Shown here one piece after another: positions 28,391 through 38,713 of a stretch of DNA of 64,000 nucleotides; within the stretch, counting starts at the first letter, position 1, and each line of letters begins with the position of its first letter. The position numbers and the translations under genes are program-made. Source of the DNA: Chitinophaga pinensis (lineage in GTDB: Bacteria > Bacteroidota > Bacteroidia > UBA7662); contig CAMCHJ010000009.1 of the NCBI GenBank assembly GCA_945874665.1, positions 18,112-82,111 on the forward strand, written 5' to 3'. The notes below the pieces were generated by a model, which searched no databases, had not been told where the DNA came from, and saw nothing but the letters and a program-made list of their open reading frames with translations.

Positions 28391-29866
28391 ATGAATAATC
28401 GTTGCTGGCAGTTAGTAGTGGTATTCCTTTTGTTTTGGCAAAACGGCAAGGCACAAGCACCTGATGAAGGCTGGTTCAACATCAGCAATAATACCGTTAA
28501 AGGCGCTTATCAACACAAAGTATTAGGTGCAGATTTGCAAGGTTATTATGTGTATCAATCAAGTGGCCGCGAGCGCGTAATCGAAAAATACAGCTACAAC
28601 AATGCCTTGGTGTATGCGCATAAAATACCGCTCGAAGACCGCAGCATCGAAATCGAAGAACTGTTGGTGCGGCGCAACGATGTAGTGGTATTTTTTTCGA
28701 TTTTCAACGCGAGTTTACGAAAGCACGGCCTCTTTTACATGGTACTGCCCCACCAAGGCGAGCCAGGTAAACCGGTGATTTTAATGGACATGAACCAAGT
28801 AAGCAACCGCGCACGGTCCTTTTTCCGCATCACCCCTAATGACGATCTGAGTGGCTTCACTGCCATGCACGAAAACCAGCACCGCCCCGATGAAACCATC
28901 CTAGAGATCGCTTTTTATGATGCACTCATCCAGCCGGTTACCAATACCCGCTTGATTTTACCCATGACAGGCGAGCGTTATGAAATCAGTAAGCCTACCC
29001 ACGACAACCGCTACAACCTGTACATCCTGATGCGGAGCTTGCAAAAAGACAAAAAACTGAACGACCCAGAGCGCATTGCCTATAAAATCATCAAAATAGA
29101 CCGTTTCTCTTTAAAAACAGACGAACTCAAACTAGGTTCTAGCATCTATTTTCTCAACAGCATGCAGCTTGGCTTCGACCGGTTAAATGAACGTATCAAA
29201 TTGGCAGGGTTTTACAGCGATAAAGATCGCGGAGCACTCAGCGGTGTAGTTTTAGCCAGCATCCAGCCCGATAATTTCAACTTCGACACCATAGGCTTCA
29301 GTCGTTTCGACCCCGAATTTGCCGGTAAAGTGCAAGGCTACAAATCCAGTAAAAAAGAAAAAGAGCTTACCGACTACTTTTTAAGTGAGCTCATTATCCG
29401 CGATGACGGAGGCGTGGTGTTATTGGGAGAATCGAATTACCAAACCAACCAAACATTTGTACAGTACAGCCAAGGATTTCCCATTTATCGCGAAATCATT
29501 TATTACCATTACGACGAAGTTATCATGGTTTCAGTCAATCCCAATGGCAGTTTAGACTGGCGTCAGATCATTCCAAAAAAACAAACAAGCGTATCGCCAA
29601 GCCCCTATTTTTCTTATATCGCCTTTGCTGTAGGTAGCGAATTACACATTCTGTTCAACGAAGAGGGTCGCAGTAAATCAGCCATAATGCTCTACAGCAT
29701 CAGCAATACGGGCGCCGTAACACCACGAAGCTTGCTCAATACAGAAACCACCGATGCCATGATTGTGCCTGCTGATGCGCGCATTATTTCACCCAAAACG
29801 ATTTTAATTCCTGCCAACAAACGTAAAAAGAAAGGCGTTTTTCGTCTTACCTTTGGCGAAGTATGA
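28391..29866 (+). CDS. Hypothetical secreted protein
   Basis: 491-aa ORF with a signal peptide ending NGKA-Q; beta-rich; no family recognised. Confidence 0.75.
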   Translation: MNNRCWQLVVVFLLFWQNGKAQAPDEGWFNISNNTVKGAYQHKVLGADLQGYYVYQSSGRERVIEKYSYNNALVYAHKIPLEDRSIEIEELLVRRNDVVVFFSIFNASLRKHGLFYMVLPHQGEPGKPVILMDMNQVSNRARSFFRITPNDDLSGFTAMHENQHRPDETILEIAFYDALIQPVTNTRLILPMTGERYEISKPTHDNRYNLYILMRSLQKDKKLNDPERIAYKIIKIDRFSLKTDELKLGSSIYFLNSMQLGFDRLNERIKLAGFYSDKDRGALSGVVLASIQPDNFNFDTIGFSRFDPEFAGKVQGYKSSKKEKELTDYFLSELIIRDDGGVVLLGESNYQTNQTFVQYSQGFPIYREIIYYHYDEVIMVSVNPNGSLDWRQIIPKKQTSVSPSPYFSYIAFAVGSELHILFNEEGRSKSAIMLYSISNTGAVTPRSLLNTETTDAMIVPADARIISPKTILIPANKRKKKGVFRLTFGEV

Positions 29867-30834
29867 TTGCTTCTCTTTTTCAATCTAACCGACTCCTTTT
29901 TGCCTATGGCACTGGCTTTGCGCTCACTTTGGGCATAATGATGGTGCATTTTTTAGGCATTGAGGCGCCGTTGACACTGAGCGGCGAGCAGTGGCTGATG
30001 GATTTGGTTTTAAAGCTTCCCAATAGCCTTTTGATCTTATTTAATGTATTGGCAATCGTTGGTTCTGCTATTTTGTTCAACCAATTGTTGATTGGAGAAA
30101 AGGTAAGTCGCGACTACAATAGCTTGTTTTTTCTTGCCTACTTGGTAGCCTCCTTTAGCTATTGGCCTTGGTCGGGTTTGCAGCCTGCACTTTACACTTC
30201 CCTGCTGTTTTTATTCATCATCCGCAACATGATGATTGCAGGCAATTCACGTAATCAGCTCAGTTTAGTGTTTGATGCGGGCTGGATTGGGGGCCTCGCC
30301 TTTCTGCTGTACCAGCCGGCCTGGGTATTGTTGCCTGTGAGTTTGGTGAGCATTGGTTTAGGTGGGATTTTCCGATTTCAAGCACTCATGCTGTGGTTAT
30401 TGGGCTACATAACCCCTATTTATTTAATGGCTTCGGTGGTTTACCTCAACAACCAAACAGAGCTATTTGCCGCTTTGTTTGTAGTGAAGCTGGATGGCCC
30501 GTGGCAGTTGCACATCCTCAGTTTAGCCGATAAATTGTTACTGGCCTTTAGCCTCACCATTTTCACCATCGGCGTGGCCATCAGTTTTTCGGGAGGCAAT
30601 CTCAAAACCAACGCGCTTCGCAATGCGCAACGTATCTTTTTTATCTTGTTGATATGCGCCACACTAAGCGTCTTTTTGCTGCCGGGAGATGGTTGGTTGA
30701 ATGCAGGGATCTTTATTCCCGTTGGTGCATTTTACATGGGCCGCTTTTTAGAGGCACTTCAGAAAAAAGTATTGCTTAATTTTTTAGTCGTGTGCTGGCT
30801 TTCCTTACTGCTTTGGAGCAGCGGTATTTTCTAA
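29863..30834 (+). CDS. Polytopic membrane protein (DUF6427-like)
   Basis: About 9 TM segments; VFDAGWIGGLAFLLYQPA pattern; ATGA coupling to the upstream gene. Confidence 0.7.
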   Translation: MIASLFQSNRLLFAYGTGFALTLGIMMVHFLGIEAPLTLSGEQWLMDLVLKLPNSLLILFNVLAIVGSAILFNQLLIGEKVSRDYNSLFFLAYLVASFSYWPWSGLQPALYTSLLFLFIIRNMMIAGNSRNQLSLVFDAGWIGGLAFLLYQPAWVLLPVSLVSIGLGGIFRFQALMLWLLGYITPIYLMASVVYLNNQTELFAALFVVKLDGPWQLHILSLADKLLLAFSLTIFTIGVAISFSGGNLKTNALRNAQRIFFILLICATLSVFLLPGDGWLNAGIFIPVGAFYMGRFLEALQKKVLLNFLVVCWLSLLLWSSGIF

Positions 30835-30879
30835 AAATTGCCGCAATTTTTCCGAACTTTGTAACCTTAAACAATTCAT

Positions 30880-31569
30880 ATGAAAATCGGAGTAGTCATT
30901 TTCCCTGGTTCCAATTGCGATCGCGATACCTTGCATGTTTTTGGTGAAGTGTTAGGCCAGCCAGTTGTGCCCCTTTTTCACAAAGAAACCGATTTGCAGG
31001 GCGTTGACATGGTGGTGCTGCCAGGTGGATTTTCATATGGCGATTATTTGCGCTCAGGCGCTATTGCCCGTTTTTCGCGCATCATGGAACAGGTCATCGC
31101 CCACGCCAGTCGCGGTGGTTATGTAATGGGTATTTGCAACGGCTTCCAAGTGCTCACCGAAGCAAAATTGGTTCCGGGAACGCTCTTGCACAACGAAAGC
31201 CGCAAGTTTATTTGCAAGAACATTTATCTCAAGCCACAAACAACTAATACTTTACTCACGCAAGGCCTAAGCACCAACGAGGTGCTGCAAGTGCCCATTG
31301 CACATGGTGAAGGCAATTATTACATTGATGCCGAAGGTTTGAAGGCCCTCAACGACAACGACCAAGTTTTGTTTCGTTATTGCGACGCAGCGGGTAACAT
31401 CACCGCCGAAAGCAATCCCAATGGCTCGCTCAGCAACATCGCAGGCATTACCAATGCAGGTCGCAATGTGTTTGGCATGATGCCACACCCAGAACGCGCC
31501 GCTGAAGACATCCTGAGTAATACCGATGGCTTGCGGATTTTGGAAAGTTTGTTGAGCTTGGTGAAGTAA
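30880..31569 (+). CDS. purQ: Phosphoribosylformylglycinamidine synthase subunit PurQ
   Basis: FPGSNCDRD; PGGFSYGDYLRSG; GICNGFQ; MMPHPER. Confidence 0.98.
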   Translation: MKIGVVIFPGSNCDRDTLHVFGEVLGQPVVPLFHKETDLQGVDMVVLPGGFSYGDYLRSGAIARFSRIMEQVIAHASRGGYVMGICNGFQVLTEAKLVPGTLLHNESRKFICKNIYLKPQTTNTLLTQGLSTNEVLQVPIAHGEGNYYIDAEGLKALNDNDQVLFRYCDAAGNITAESNPNGSLSNIAGITNAGRNVFGMMPHPERAAEDILSNTDGLRILESLLSLVK

Positions 31570-31618
31570 CAGGTTTTGTGACTGCTTTCTAAACGCAGTA
31601 TTTCCCTTTCAGCTTTGT

Positions 31619-32596
31619 TTAAAGTCCGGCTAGCAATTGGCGGGCGGCGGTATACGGACTTACCCGTCCTTCGGACACTTCTTTTTCTAATGCTTGTAAC
31701 CGCTCTTGCTGCGCTGGACGGCCCAAAAGCTGTTGCTCGAGCCGCTGACGGGTGTATTCGTGGAAGTGTTGCAGGCGCTGTTCGGCTCTTTTTTGGTTGC
31801 GGTAGCCGTTGGGGATGCACAAATCGAAATAGGATTCCACACTTTTCCAGACCTCCGCAACACCACTACCGTCGATGGCAGAGCAGAGCTGCACCAGGGG
31901 TGTCCAGCTGCCTGGATGTGCCGGGAACAGGTGCAGCGCATTACGGTAATTTAATGCGGCACGTTTGGCGAGCGGCAGGTTATCTCCCTCGGCTTTGTTG
32001 ATCACCAGCATATCAGCCATTTCCATGATGCCTCGCTTGATGCCTTGGAGCTCGTCGCCGGCCCCACTGAGCATGAGCAGCATGAAAAAATCGACCAAAC
32101 CCGCTACGGCAATTTCGCTCTGGCCAACACCTACGGTTTCAATCAGAAGGATGTCGTAGCCCGCGGCTTCGCACAGCACCATGGCCTCCCAGGTAGCACG
32201 GGCCACGCCACCAAGGGCGGTGCCGGCAGCGGTAGGACGAATAAACGCGTTGGGATCGTGCGCCAGGCGCTCCATGCGGGTTTTGTCACCCAAAATGCTA
32301 CCACCTGTACGCGCACTGCTAGGGTCCACGGCCAAAACAGCCACTTTATGTCCCGCAGTGGTGAGTTGCGTACCTAACGCATCAATAAAAGTGCTTTTGC
32401 CCACACCTGGTACACCCGTAATGCCAATGCGCAACGATTGACCGCTATGGGGCAGTATGGCGTCGAGCAGGGCTTCGGCGAGGGACTGGTGCGCGGCAGC
32501 CTGACTTTCGACCAGGGTGATGGCGCGGGCCAGTAAGGCACGGTCACCAGCCAATATTCCAGCCTTGAGTTGCGCTATGTCGGGGAGCGGTAGCAT
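31619..32596 (-). CDS. meaB: Methylmalonyl-CoA mutase-associated GTPase MeaB
   Basis: [12 protein letters not shown]; [16 protein letters not shown]; ETVGVGQSE; NKAEG. Start taken at MLPLPD. Confidence 0.96.
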   Translation of the reverse strand: MLPLPDIAQLKAGILAGDRALLARAITLVESQAAAHQSLAEALLDAILPHSGQSLRIGITGVPGVGKSTFIDALGTQLTTAGHKVAVLAVDPSSARTGGSILGDKTRMERLAHDPNAFIRPTAAGTALGGVARATWEAMVLCEAAGYDILLIETVGVGQSEIAVAGLVDFFMLLMLSGAGDELQGIKRGIMEMADMLVINKAEGDNLPLAKRAALNYRNALHLFPAHPGSWTPLVQLCSAIDGSGVAEVWKSVESYFDLCIPNGYRNQKRAEQRLQHFHEYTRQRLEQQLLGRPAQQERLQALEKEVSEGRVSPYTAARQLLAGL

Positions 32597-32597
32597 T

Positions 32598-34727
32598 TTA
32601 GCGATTGAGTTTGTGTAGGATGTCGAGCGCGGCTTTTGCAATAACGGTGCCCGGACCAAAAATACCCACTACGCCAGCCGCGTACAAAAAGTCGTAGTCG
32701 GGTTGCGGAATTACCCCGCCGGCTACGACCAAAATATCTGGACGGCCTTGTTTGGCCAGCTCCGCGATGAGCTGGGGCACCAAGGTTTTATGGCCGGCAG
32801 CCAGCGAAGAAGCACCTACCACATGTACATCGTTTTCGATGGCTTGCCGGGCGGTTTCGGCAGGGGTTTGAAAAAGCGGACCGATGTCTACATCGAATCC
32901 CAAGTCGGCAAAACTGGTGGCGATTACTTTCGCGCCGCGGTCGTGCCCATCTTGACCCATTTTGGCCACCATAATGCGGGGCCGACGGCCCTCTGTAGCG
33001 GCAAAGGCTTCTACCGCTTCACGGGCGGCTTTAAAATCTGCGTCTTGCATAATTTCTTTGGCATAAACCCCGCTAATGGAGCGGATGGTGGCTTGGTAAC
33101 GCCCGTAAACAGCCTCGAGGGCATCTGAAATTTCTCCTAAAGTGGCACGGGCTTGTGCGGCGGTAATGGCCAATTCGAGTAAATTGCCTTCCCCTCCTGC
33201 GGCGCAGGCGGTGAGGGCAGCGAGCGCCCCTTGTACAGCGGCTGTATCGCGATTGGCTTTTACCGCAGCCAAGCGCTCGAGTTGCGAGGCTCGTACTTTG
33301 GTATTGTCAATGTCGCGGAGCTCGATGTTGGCTGGGCGCCCGGTGTTGAAGCGGTTTACGCCTACAATAATGTCTTTGGCAGCATCGATGCGCGCTTGCT
33401 TACGGGCCGCAGCTTCTTCGATGCGCATTTTGGGCAGTCCCGTTTCAATGGCCTTGGCCATCCCCCCCAACTGCTCCACTTCTTGGATGTGTTCCCAGGC
33501 TTTGTCAACCAATTCGGCAGTCAGTTTTTCTACGTAATAGGAGCCTCCCCATGGGTCGACTACCTTGGTAATGCCAGTTTCGTCTTGCAAATACAACTGG
33601 GTGTTGCGGGCAATGCGTGCCGAAAAGTCGGTAGGCAAGGCAATGGCTTCGTCGAGGGCATTGGTATGCAGACTCTGCGTATGCCCCAAGGCAGCAGCCA
33701 AAGCCTCTACGCAGGTGCGGGCTACGTTGTTAAAGGGATCTTGCTCGGTTAAACTCCAACCCGAAGTTTGGCAGTGGGTACGCAGCGCCATCGATTTGGC
33801 GAGCTGCGGCTCAAACTGCTGCACGAGCTTGGCCCACAGCAGGCGACCAGCCCTGAGCTTGGCAATCTCCATAAAATGATTCATGCCAATGGCCCAAAAA
33901 AAGCTCAATCGGGGTGCAAATTCATCGATTTTGAGACCAGCAGCCAAGCCTGTGCGGATGTATTCGAGTCCGTCGCTGAGCGTGTAAGCCAGCTCTAAAT
34001 CGGCTGGCGCCCCCGCCTCGTGCATGTGGTAACCACTGATGCTGATGCTGTTGAAGCGGGGCATTTTGCGGGAAGTGTAAGCGAAGATGTCGGCGATAAT
34101 GCGCATCGACTGGGCTGGCGGGTAAATGTAGGTGTTGCGCACCATGAACTCCTTAAGGATGTCGTTTTGGATGGTGCCACTGAGTTGGTCAACAGGCACA
34201 CCTTGCTCTAAACCGGCGGCAATGTAGAAGGCCATGATGGGCAAAACGGCTCCGTTCATGGTCATGCTTACGCTCATTTCCTCGAGGGGAATTTGATCGA
34301 AGAGTATTTTCATGTCCTCCACCGAGTCGATGGCCACCCCAGCCTTGCCTACATCGCCTTCTACCCGCGGGTGATCGGAGTCGTAGCCGCGGTGCGTGGC
34401 CAAATCGAAGGCCACCGAGAGTCCTTTTTGTCCTGCCGCAAGGTTTCGCCGGTAAAAGGCATTCGATTCCTCGGCGGTGCTGAAGCCAGCATACTGGCGG
34501 ATGGTCCAGGGCCGTTGGGTGTACATGCTGGCATATGGACCACGTAAAAAAGGCGCTTTTCCAGCACCAAACCCGAGGTGTGGGAGCTCAGCAATATCGG
34601 CAGCGGTGTACACCGATTTCAACTCCAGCTGCTCAGAGGTAGTCCAGCTGCCTTGCCTGGCCTCGGCAAAAAACTCATCGCGAGGGGCGGCTGCGAAAGG
34701 CATGGCACTGTAATCGGGTCTTTTCAT
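32598..34727 (-). CDS. scpA: Methylmalonyl-CoA mutase, large (catalytic, B12-binding) subunit
   Basis: [10 protein letters not shown]; B12 motif [10 protein letters not shown]; SSLAAGH. Confidence 0.98.
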   Translation of the reverse strand: MKRPDYSAMPFAAAPRDEFFAEARQGSWTTSEQLELKSVYTAADIAELPHLGFGAGKAPFLRGPYASMYTQRPWTIRQYAGFSTAEESNAFYRRNLAAGQKGLSVAFDLATHRGYDSDHPRVEGDVGKAGVAIDSVEDMKILFDQIPLEEMSVSMTMNGAVLPIMAFYIAAGLEQGVPVDQLSGTIQNDILKEFMVRNTYIYPPAQSMRIIADIFAYTSRKMPRFNSISISGYHMHEAGAPADLELAYTLSDGLEYIRTGLAAGLKIDEFAPRLSFFWAIGMNHFMEIAKLRAGRLLWAKLVQQFEPQLAKSMALRTHCQTSGWSLTEQDPFNNVARTCVEALAAALGHTQSLHTNALDEAIALPTDFSARIARNTQLYLQDETGITKVVDPWGGSYYVEKLTAELVDKAWEHIQEVEQLGGMAKAIETGLPKMRIEEAAARKQARIDAAKDIIVGVNRFNTGRPANIELRDIDNTKVRASQLERLAAVKANRDTAAVQGALAALTACAAGGEGNLLELAITAAQARATLGEISDALEAVYGRYQATIRSISGVYAKEIMQDADFKAAREAVEAFAATEGRRPRIMVAKMGQDGHDRGAKVIATSFADLGFDVDIGPLFQTPAETARQAIENDVHVVGASSLAAGHKTLVPQLIAELAKQGRPDILVVAGGVIPQPDYDFLYAAGVVGIFGPGTVIAKAALDILHKLNR

Positions 34728-36475
34728 AACGGCAGCAATTGGTGATGAAGGGCTTGTAGACTTGCCAATAAAGGCGCGCGCAGATGGATAAAATGGGAAA
34801 AACCTGCTGCTTGGAAATCTGCTTCGGCTTCGCCAGGGGCTCCGGCTAGTACTAGGATGGTTTTTCCGCCGAAGGCTTTACCGAGTGCGGGAACAGCGGT
34901 AGCCCAGCTGGCATCGTCGCTGCAGAGCACAATGGCGTCGGCCTGGGCCACCTCAGCAGCTTGAATGGCCGAAGGCAGGTCGTTGAAGCCGTTATTGGTG
35001 ATCAACTCGTAGCCAGCACAACCTAAGAAGTTTAAACTGAAGTTGAGGCGGGCCATGCGCATGGCCACATCCCCAATTGGCATTAAAAAGATGCGGGGCT
35101 TGCGCGGGGCTTGCGCCACTGCAAAACGCAAGGTGTCAAAATCGTTGTGAAGGGTTTGGGGCGACCAATCTGCCAAATTTTCTTGCTCATTGGGATATTG
35201 GTTTACGCCTACCCTAATTTGCTTGCGCGCGGCAAGTGCTTGTGCCCGTTTTTCGCTGCCTGTTTGAAGCAATTGTGCCAGGGCATGGGACTTTTCCCAG
35301 CTTGTATAACCGCCAGCCGCTTCTATCGACTGAAACAATTGCCAGCTTTTTTGTCCGATTTGATCAGTGAGCTGCTCCAAAAAGTAGGAGCCTGCAGCAG
35401 GATCCACTACTTGATCGAGTTGTGCCTCGTGCCGCAGCAAGAGTTGTATTTGAAGGGAAAATTCAAGCGAAAAATCATCATTGAACCCCAATGGCTGGTC
35501 GAAGGCCGGCAAGCAGAGTGATTGTACCCCGGCAATGACCGCCGACATGCCCATGGTGGTGAGGCGGAGGAGGTTGGTGTGTTTGTCGAGACTGTACAAT
35601 GCCTGGGTACCGCCAATCAAATGTAAGGTGGTAGCACTGCTACAGCTGTGTTCGGGGGCGTAAGGCTGCACCGTTTGCGACCATGCCTGTCGGAAGGCAC
35701 GTATGCGCGCCATCTCCCCAAAATAATCAGTGTCTAAACCGAGTTCGAACTGCAGCAAAGGTGCCGCTTCATCAACTTTTAAACCAGATTGAACGAGGTT
35801 AAAGAGCAGTTCGTGACCGGCAGCCAAGGCCAAAGCCGTTTCTTCAATTAACCCAGCGCCTTGGGCACGCAAGGGTGCCAAACGGATGATGAAAGGCGCC
35901 ACAGAAGGCAATTGTTGCCTGTAAAAATCGGCTATCGCACGAAATTGGGTGGTATCGGAGAGTTGATCGGGGGTGTAGGCGAGGCCGGCTTTGAATGCAA
36001 ACGGACTAATCGCCAGTGCTTTTGCCCACTGCAGTAGCCAGCTGCCAAGCTCCAAGGCCGGGAGGTTGCGAAAAACCAAGGACACATACTGCGGCAAAAT
36101 ATCGGCCACCAACACCTTAAAATCACCTTCGTTGCGCACGGGGCCATCAAATATGAGCGCATCCGCGCCGTGATTGAGGGCATGCAGCGCTTGGCGATGG
36201 CCGGCTTTTACATCTTCAAAAGCAATAAGTGCGGCGCTGCTCCAAGCATTGTTGATGGTGCGCAGTCCACGGCGGTACGGAAATTCACCCGGCAGGTGGT
36301 CAGCACTGTTGGCGGGAAGGCCTTCAGCGGTGCTATAAGCGCTGAATTCTAAACCATCCAGGGTGTGGTGCTTGCGCTTATCAAGCGACGAACCTTTCAA
36401 TTCTTTGCCCACGACTTGCTCCCAATCGGCAAGCGACTGCGGTTCAAAGCCTTCCCAAAATGTTGCTGCTGCCAT
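34724..36475 (-). CDS. mutA: Methylmalonyl-CoA mutase small subunit
   Basis: PGEFPYRRG; [11 protein letters not shown]; VGVNQYPN; lacks DxHxxG; ATGA-coupled to the large subunit. Confidence 0.9.
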   Translation of the reverse strand: MAAATFWEGFEPQSLADWEQVVGKELKGSSLDKRKHHTLDGLEFSAYSTAEGLPANSADHLPGEFPYRRGLRTINNAWSSAALIAFEDVKAGHRQALHALNHGADALIFDGPVRNEGDFKVLVADILPQYVSLVFRNLPALELGSWLLQWAKALAISPFAFKAGLAYTPDQLSDTTQFRAIADFYRQQLPSVAPFIIRLAPLRAQGAGLIEETALALAAGHELLFNLVQSGLKVDEAAPLLQFELGLDTDYFGEMARIRAFRQAWSQTVQPYAPEHSCSSATTLHLIGGTQALYSLDKHTNLLRLTTMGMSAVIAGVQSLCLPAFDQPLGFNDDFSLEFSLQIQLLLRHEAQLDQVVDPAAGSYFLEQLTDQIGQKSWQLFQSIEAAGGYTSWEKSHALAQLLQTGSEKRAQALAARKQIRVGVNQYPNEQENLADWSPQTLHNDFDTLRFAVAQAPRKPRIFLMPIGDVAMRMARLNFSLNFLGCAGYELITNNGFNDLPSAIQAAEVAQADAIVLCSDDASWATAVPALGKAFGGKTILVLAGAPGEAEADFQAAGFSHFIHLRAPLLASLQALHHQLLPL

Positions 36476-36775
36476 AGGTTGAAAGGTAAGGTGATTAGCG
36501 TTGCGAATTTAAGGTTTTTGGCGGTAAATGACGCCAATTAGGAGTGCTTTATCCAGAAAGCAAGGTGTAATAGTGGTAGATCCCGTATATTCCTTGCAAG
36601 CGAAGCCTGCTCTCCAAACAACCTGTGATATATATGAGCGCAGTTTTGCTTGGTTTGGAACATTCCTGCACCTTTTTCAGCTACACAGCCGCTTTGCTCC
36701 TACCTAAGCCCAGGAATGGAACCCTCTGCCTATCGGCAACTGGTTCAAAATCCAAGGGGGTAAGGTGTAGTCGTT

Positions 36776-37507
36776 TTAAAACAACCGCTCTAGCCAATTG
36801 CCCACAGCGTAACTCACAATGGCCGCTGCTGCACCGAGGGCTAAAGTCTCTAGCATCCCCTTCCATTTGCTGGTTTGGGTTATAAAAGTCTTCATCCAGC
36901 CTACAAAAAGAAAGGCGATGCCGGTCATGATGGATGAAACGGTGAATAAATCGAAAGCAATGGGACTAAAATAGTCGTACACATACACCAGTAGCGGAAT
37001 TAATCCCACGGTGATAAAAGACACAAAGGTCACTGCGCCCATGGCCAGGGGCGACCGCGACTCCTCCATCATCTCCAGCTCCTCTTTCATCATCACATCC
37101 ACCCAGCGGTCTTTATCGGCGGTAATGGTGGCCACCACCTGCTCGAGCAACTCCCCTTCGAAGCCTTTGCCTCGGTAAATCTCCCTGATTTCTTCTTTTT
37201 CCTTTTCGGGAAGATGCTCTACTTCCCAATATTCCACCTTTTTATGCTTTTCGTAGTTCTGCTGCTCAGTTTGTTTGCTGAGATAAGCTCCCACAGCCAT
37301 GGCAAAACCATCAGCCAGCAAATTGGCAAAACCGAGTATGATGACTACGGTAGAATTGAGTCCGGCACCCGCTGCACCAGCTACAACTGCAAAAGTGGTT
37401 ACGCTGCCGTCGATGCCGCCGTACACAAACTCGCCGAGGTAATCGCTGAATTTGGTGAGAAATCCTTTGTCTTGTTGATGTAATTTATGTTCGTGATGCT
37501 TGGCCAT
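36776..37507 (-). CDS. VIT1/CCC1 family metal (Fe/Mn) transporter
   Basis: EFVYGGIDGSVTTFAVVAG; ANLLADGFAMAVG; MMKEEL. Confidence 0.93.
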   Translation of the reverse strand: MAKHHEHKLHQQDKGFLTKFSDYLGEFVYGGIDGSVTTFAVVAGAAGAGLNSTVVIILGFANLLADGFAMAVGAYLSKQTEQQNYEKHKKVEYWEVEHLPEKEKEEIREIYRGKGFEGELLEQVVATITADKDRWVDVMMKEELEMMEESRSPLAMGAVTFVSFITVGLIPLLVYVYDYFSPIAFDLFTVSSIMTGIAFLFVGWMKTFITQTSKWKGMLETLALGAAAAIVSYAVGNWLERLF

Positions 37508-37522
37508 GGCTCGAGATAATTA

Positions 37523-37530
37523 CAAATATA
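37523..37530 (-). promoter_or_regulatory. -7 promoter element for VIT1 gene
   Basis: TATATTTG on the minus strand, 15 nt upstream of the ATG. Confidence 0.6.
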
Positions 37531-37558
37531 GGGGTTACGGGTGATTTTTAGGCGCGTT

Positions 37559-38713
37559 TCAATCGCTATCGGTGGCAAAGCGCGCCTGCCAAGCGCCTTC
37601 TAAACGATAGGCGCCTGTGGTAGCCCAGCGACTACCTGCGGGAGGAGGCTGCAGCAAGGCCACAAATCCATTTTCTCCGCCAGCCGTTGCCATCGTCACC
37701 CGTTCGAACAAGCCCGGCGCTAGGTAACGAAAGGCCACAAATCCTGCTCCACTGCGAATAAGCGCGCTTTCGGGCAGCGACCATACCGAAGCTCCCCCCA
37801 TTAAAAGCTGGGCGGTAACAAACAAACCTGGCCGTAGCATCGGATCGTGCTCCTGGTCTATGTGACCATGTACATTGATGGTGCGTTTGTCTGGATCGAG
37901 GGTCTGTGCTATTAAAAAGACATCACCCGTAAAGTTTTTACCAGGCACATTGGTAAGCTGAAATTGGATTTTTTGGCCGTTTTGAACCGCTGCCAAATCG
38001 CGCTCATACAAATCGAGCTCCACATGCAGGTGTTCTTTGTTGAGCATGCCGATGAGGGGTTGATCGGCGCCAACAAACTGACCTAATTGTGCCTCTACTG
38101 CAGTTATAAAGCCGTTATAAGGGGCTAAAAGCTGTAAAGTGCTCTGTAAAGTACTAGCTTGTAGGCCGGCGGGTGAGATGCCAAGGCGCTGCACTTGCGC
38201 TTTGAGCGAGGCGGTGAGTGCTTGGGCGGAGTACAAATCGGCCCGGGCTTTGTCGAGTTGCTTGGCGGCCGTTGCTTGGTCGCGGGCCAGCTCTTCCTGG
38301 CGGGCAAAGTCACGCTCTAAAAAGGTCAGTTGTGCCCGAGCATCTAAATAGCGGCGCTGGATTTCGAGTATTTCAGGATGTTCGAGTATGGCCAGTACTT
38401 GCCCTTTGCGCACCACCTGTCCCACTTTAACTCGTAAATCTTGCACATACGCAGCCACAGGCGGGTGCAACAAGGAGCGGTTTTGGGGCGGTACATCGAT
38501 TACGCCATTGACTTCAATACTGCCGCCAATTTTACGCAGTTGGGCGCTATCGAGTAGCAAATCAAATTGCGCCAGCTGCGCCTCACTTAACTGCACGTGG
38601 TTTTCGGGCAGTTCGGCGACAGGGGTTTCAGAGGTGGGGTCGGCTGAAGGACCGCAAGCAGTGAGCAGCAGGAGGATCGCGATCCCCCAATACATTTTAG
38701 TAGCCATAAGCAT
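37559..38713 (-). CDS. czcB: Efflux RND transporter periplasmic adaptor (CzcB/CusB-like), lipoprotein
   Basis: Lipobox LTA-C; VKVGQVVRKGQVLA; coiled-coil hairpin; LRPGLFVTA. Confidence 0.9.
   Translation of the reverse strand: MLMATKMYWGIAILLLLTACGPSADPTSETPVAELPENHVQLSEAQLAQFDLLLDSAQLRKIGGSIEVNGVIDVPPQNRSLLHPPVAAYVQDLRVKVGQVVRKGQVLAILEHPEILEIQRRYLDARAQLTFLERDFARQEELARDQATAAKQLDKARADLYSAQALTASLKAQVQRLGISPAGLQASTLQSTLQLLAPYNGFITAVEAQLGQFVGADQPLIGMLNKEHLHVELDLYERDLAAVQNGQKIQFQLTNVPGKNFTGDVFLIAQTLDPDKRTINVHGHIDQEHDPMLRPGLFVTAQLLMGGASVWSLPESALIRSGAGFVAFRYLAPGLFERVTMATAGGENGFVALLQPPPAGSRWATTGAYRLEGAWQARFATDSD

Noticed and set aside
36735-36760. GGTTCAAAATCC as a tRNA T-loop
   Set aside because: No surrounding cloverleaf or acceptor stem.
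36476-36775. Cobalamin riboswitch upstream of the mutase operon
   Set aside because: No B12-box (GGGAA...GCCACUG) pattern was seen on the minus strand.
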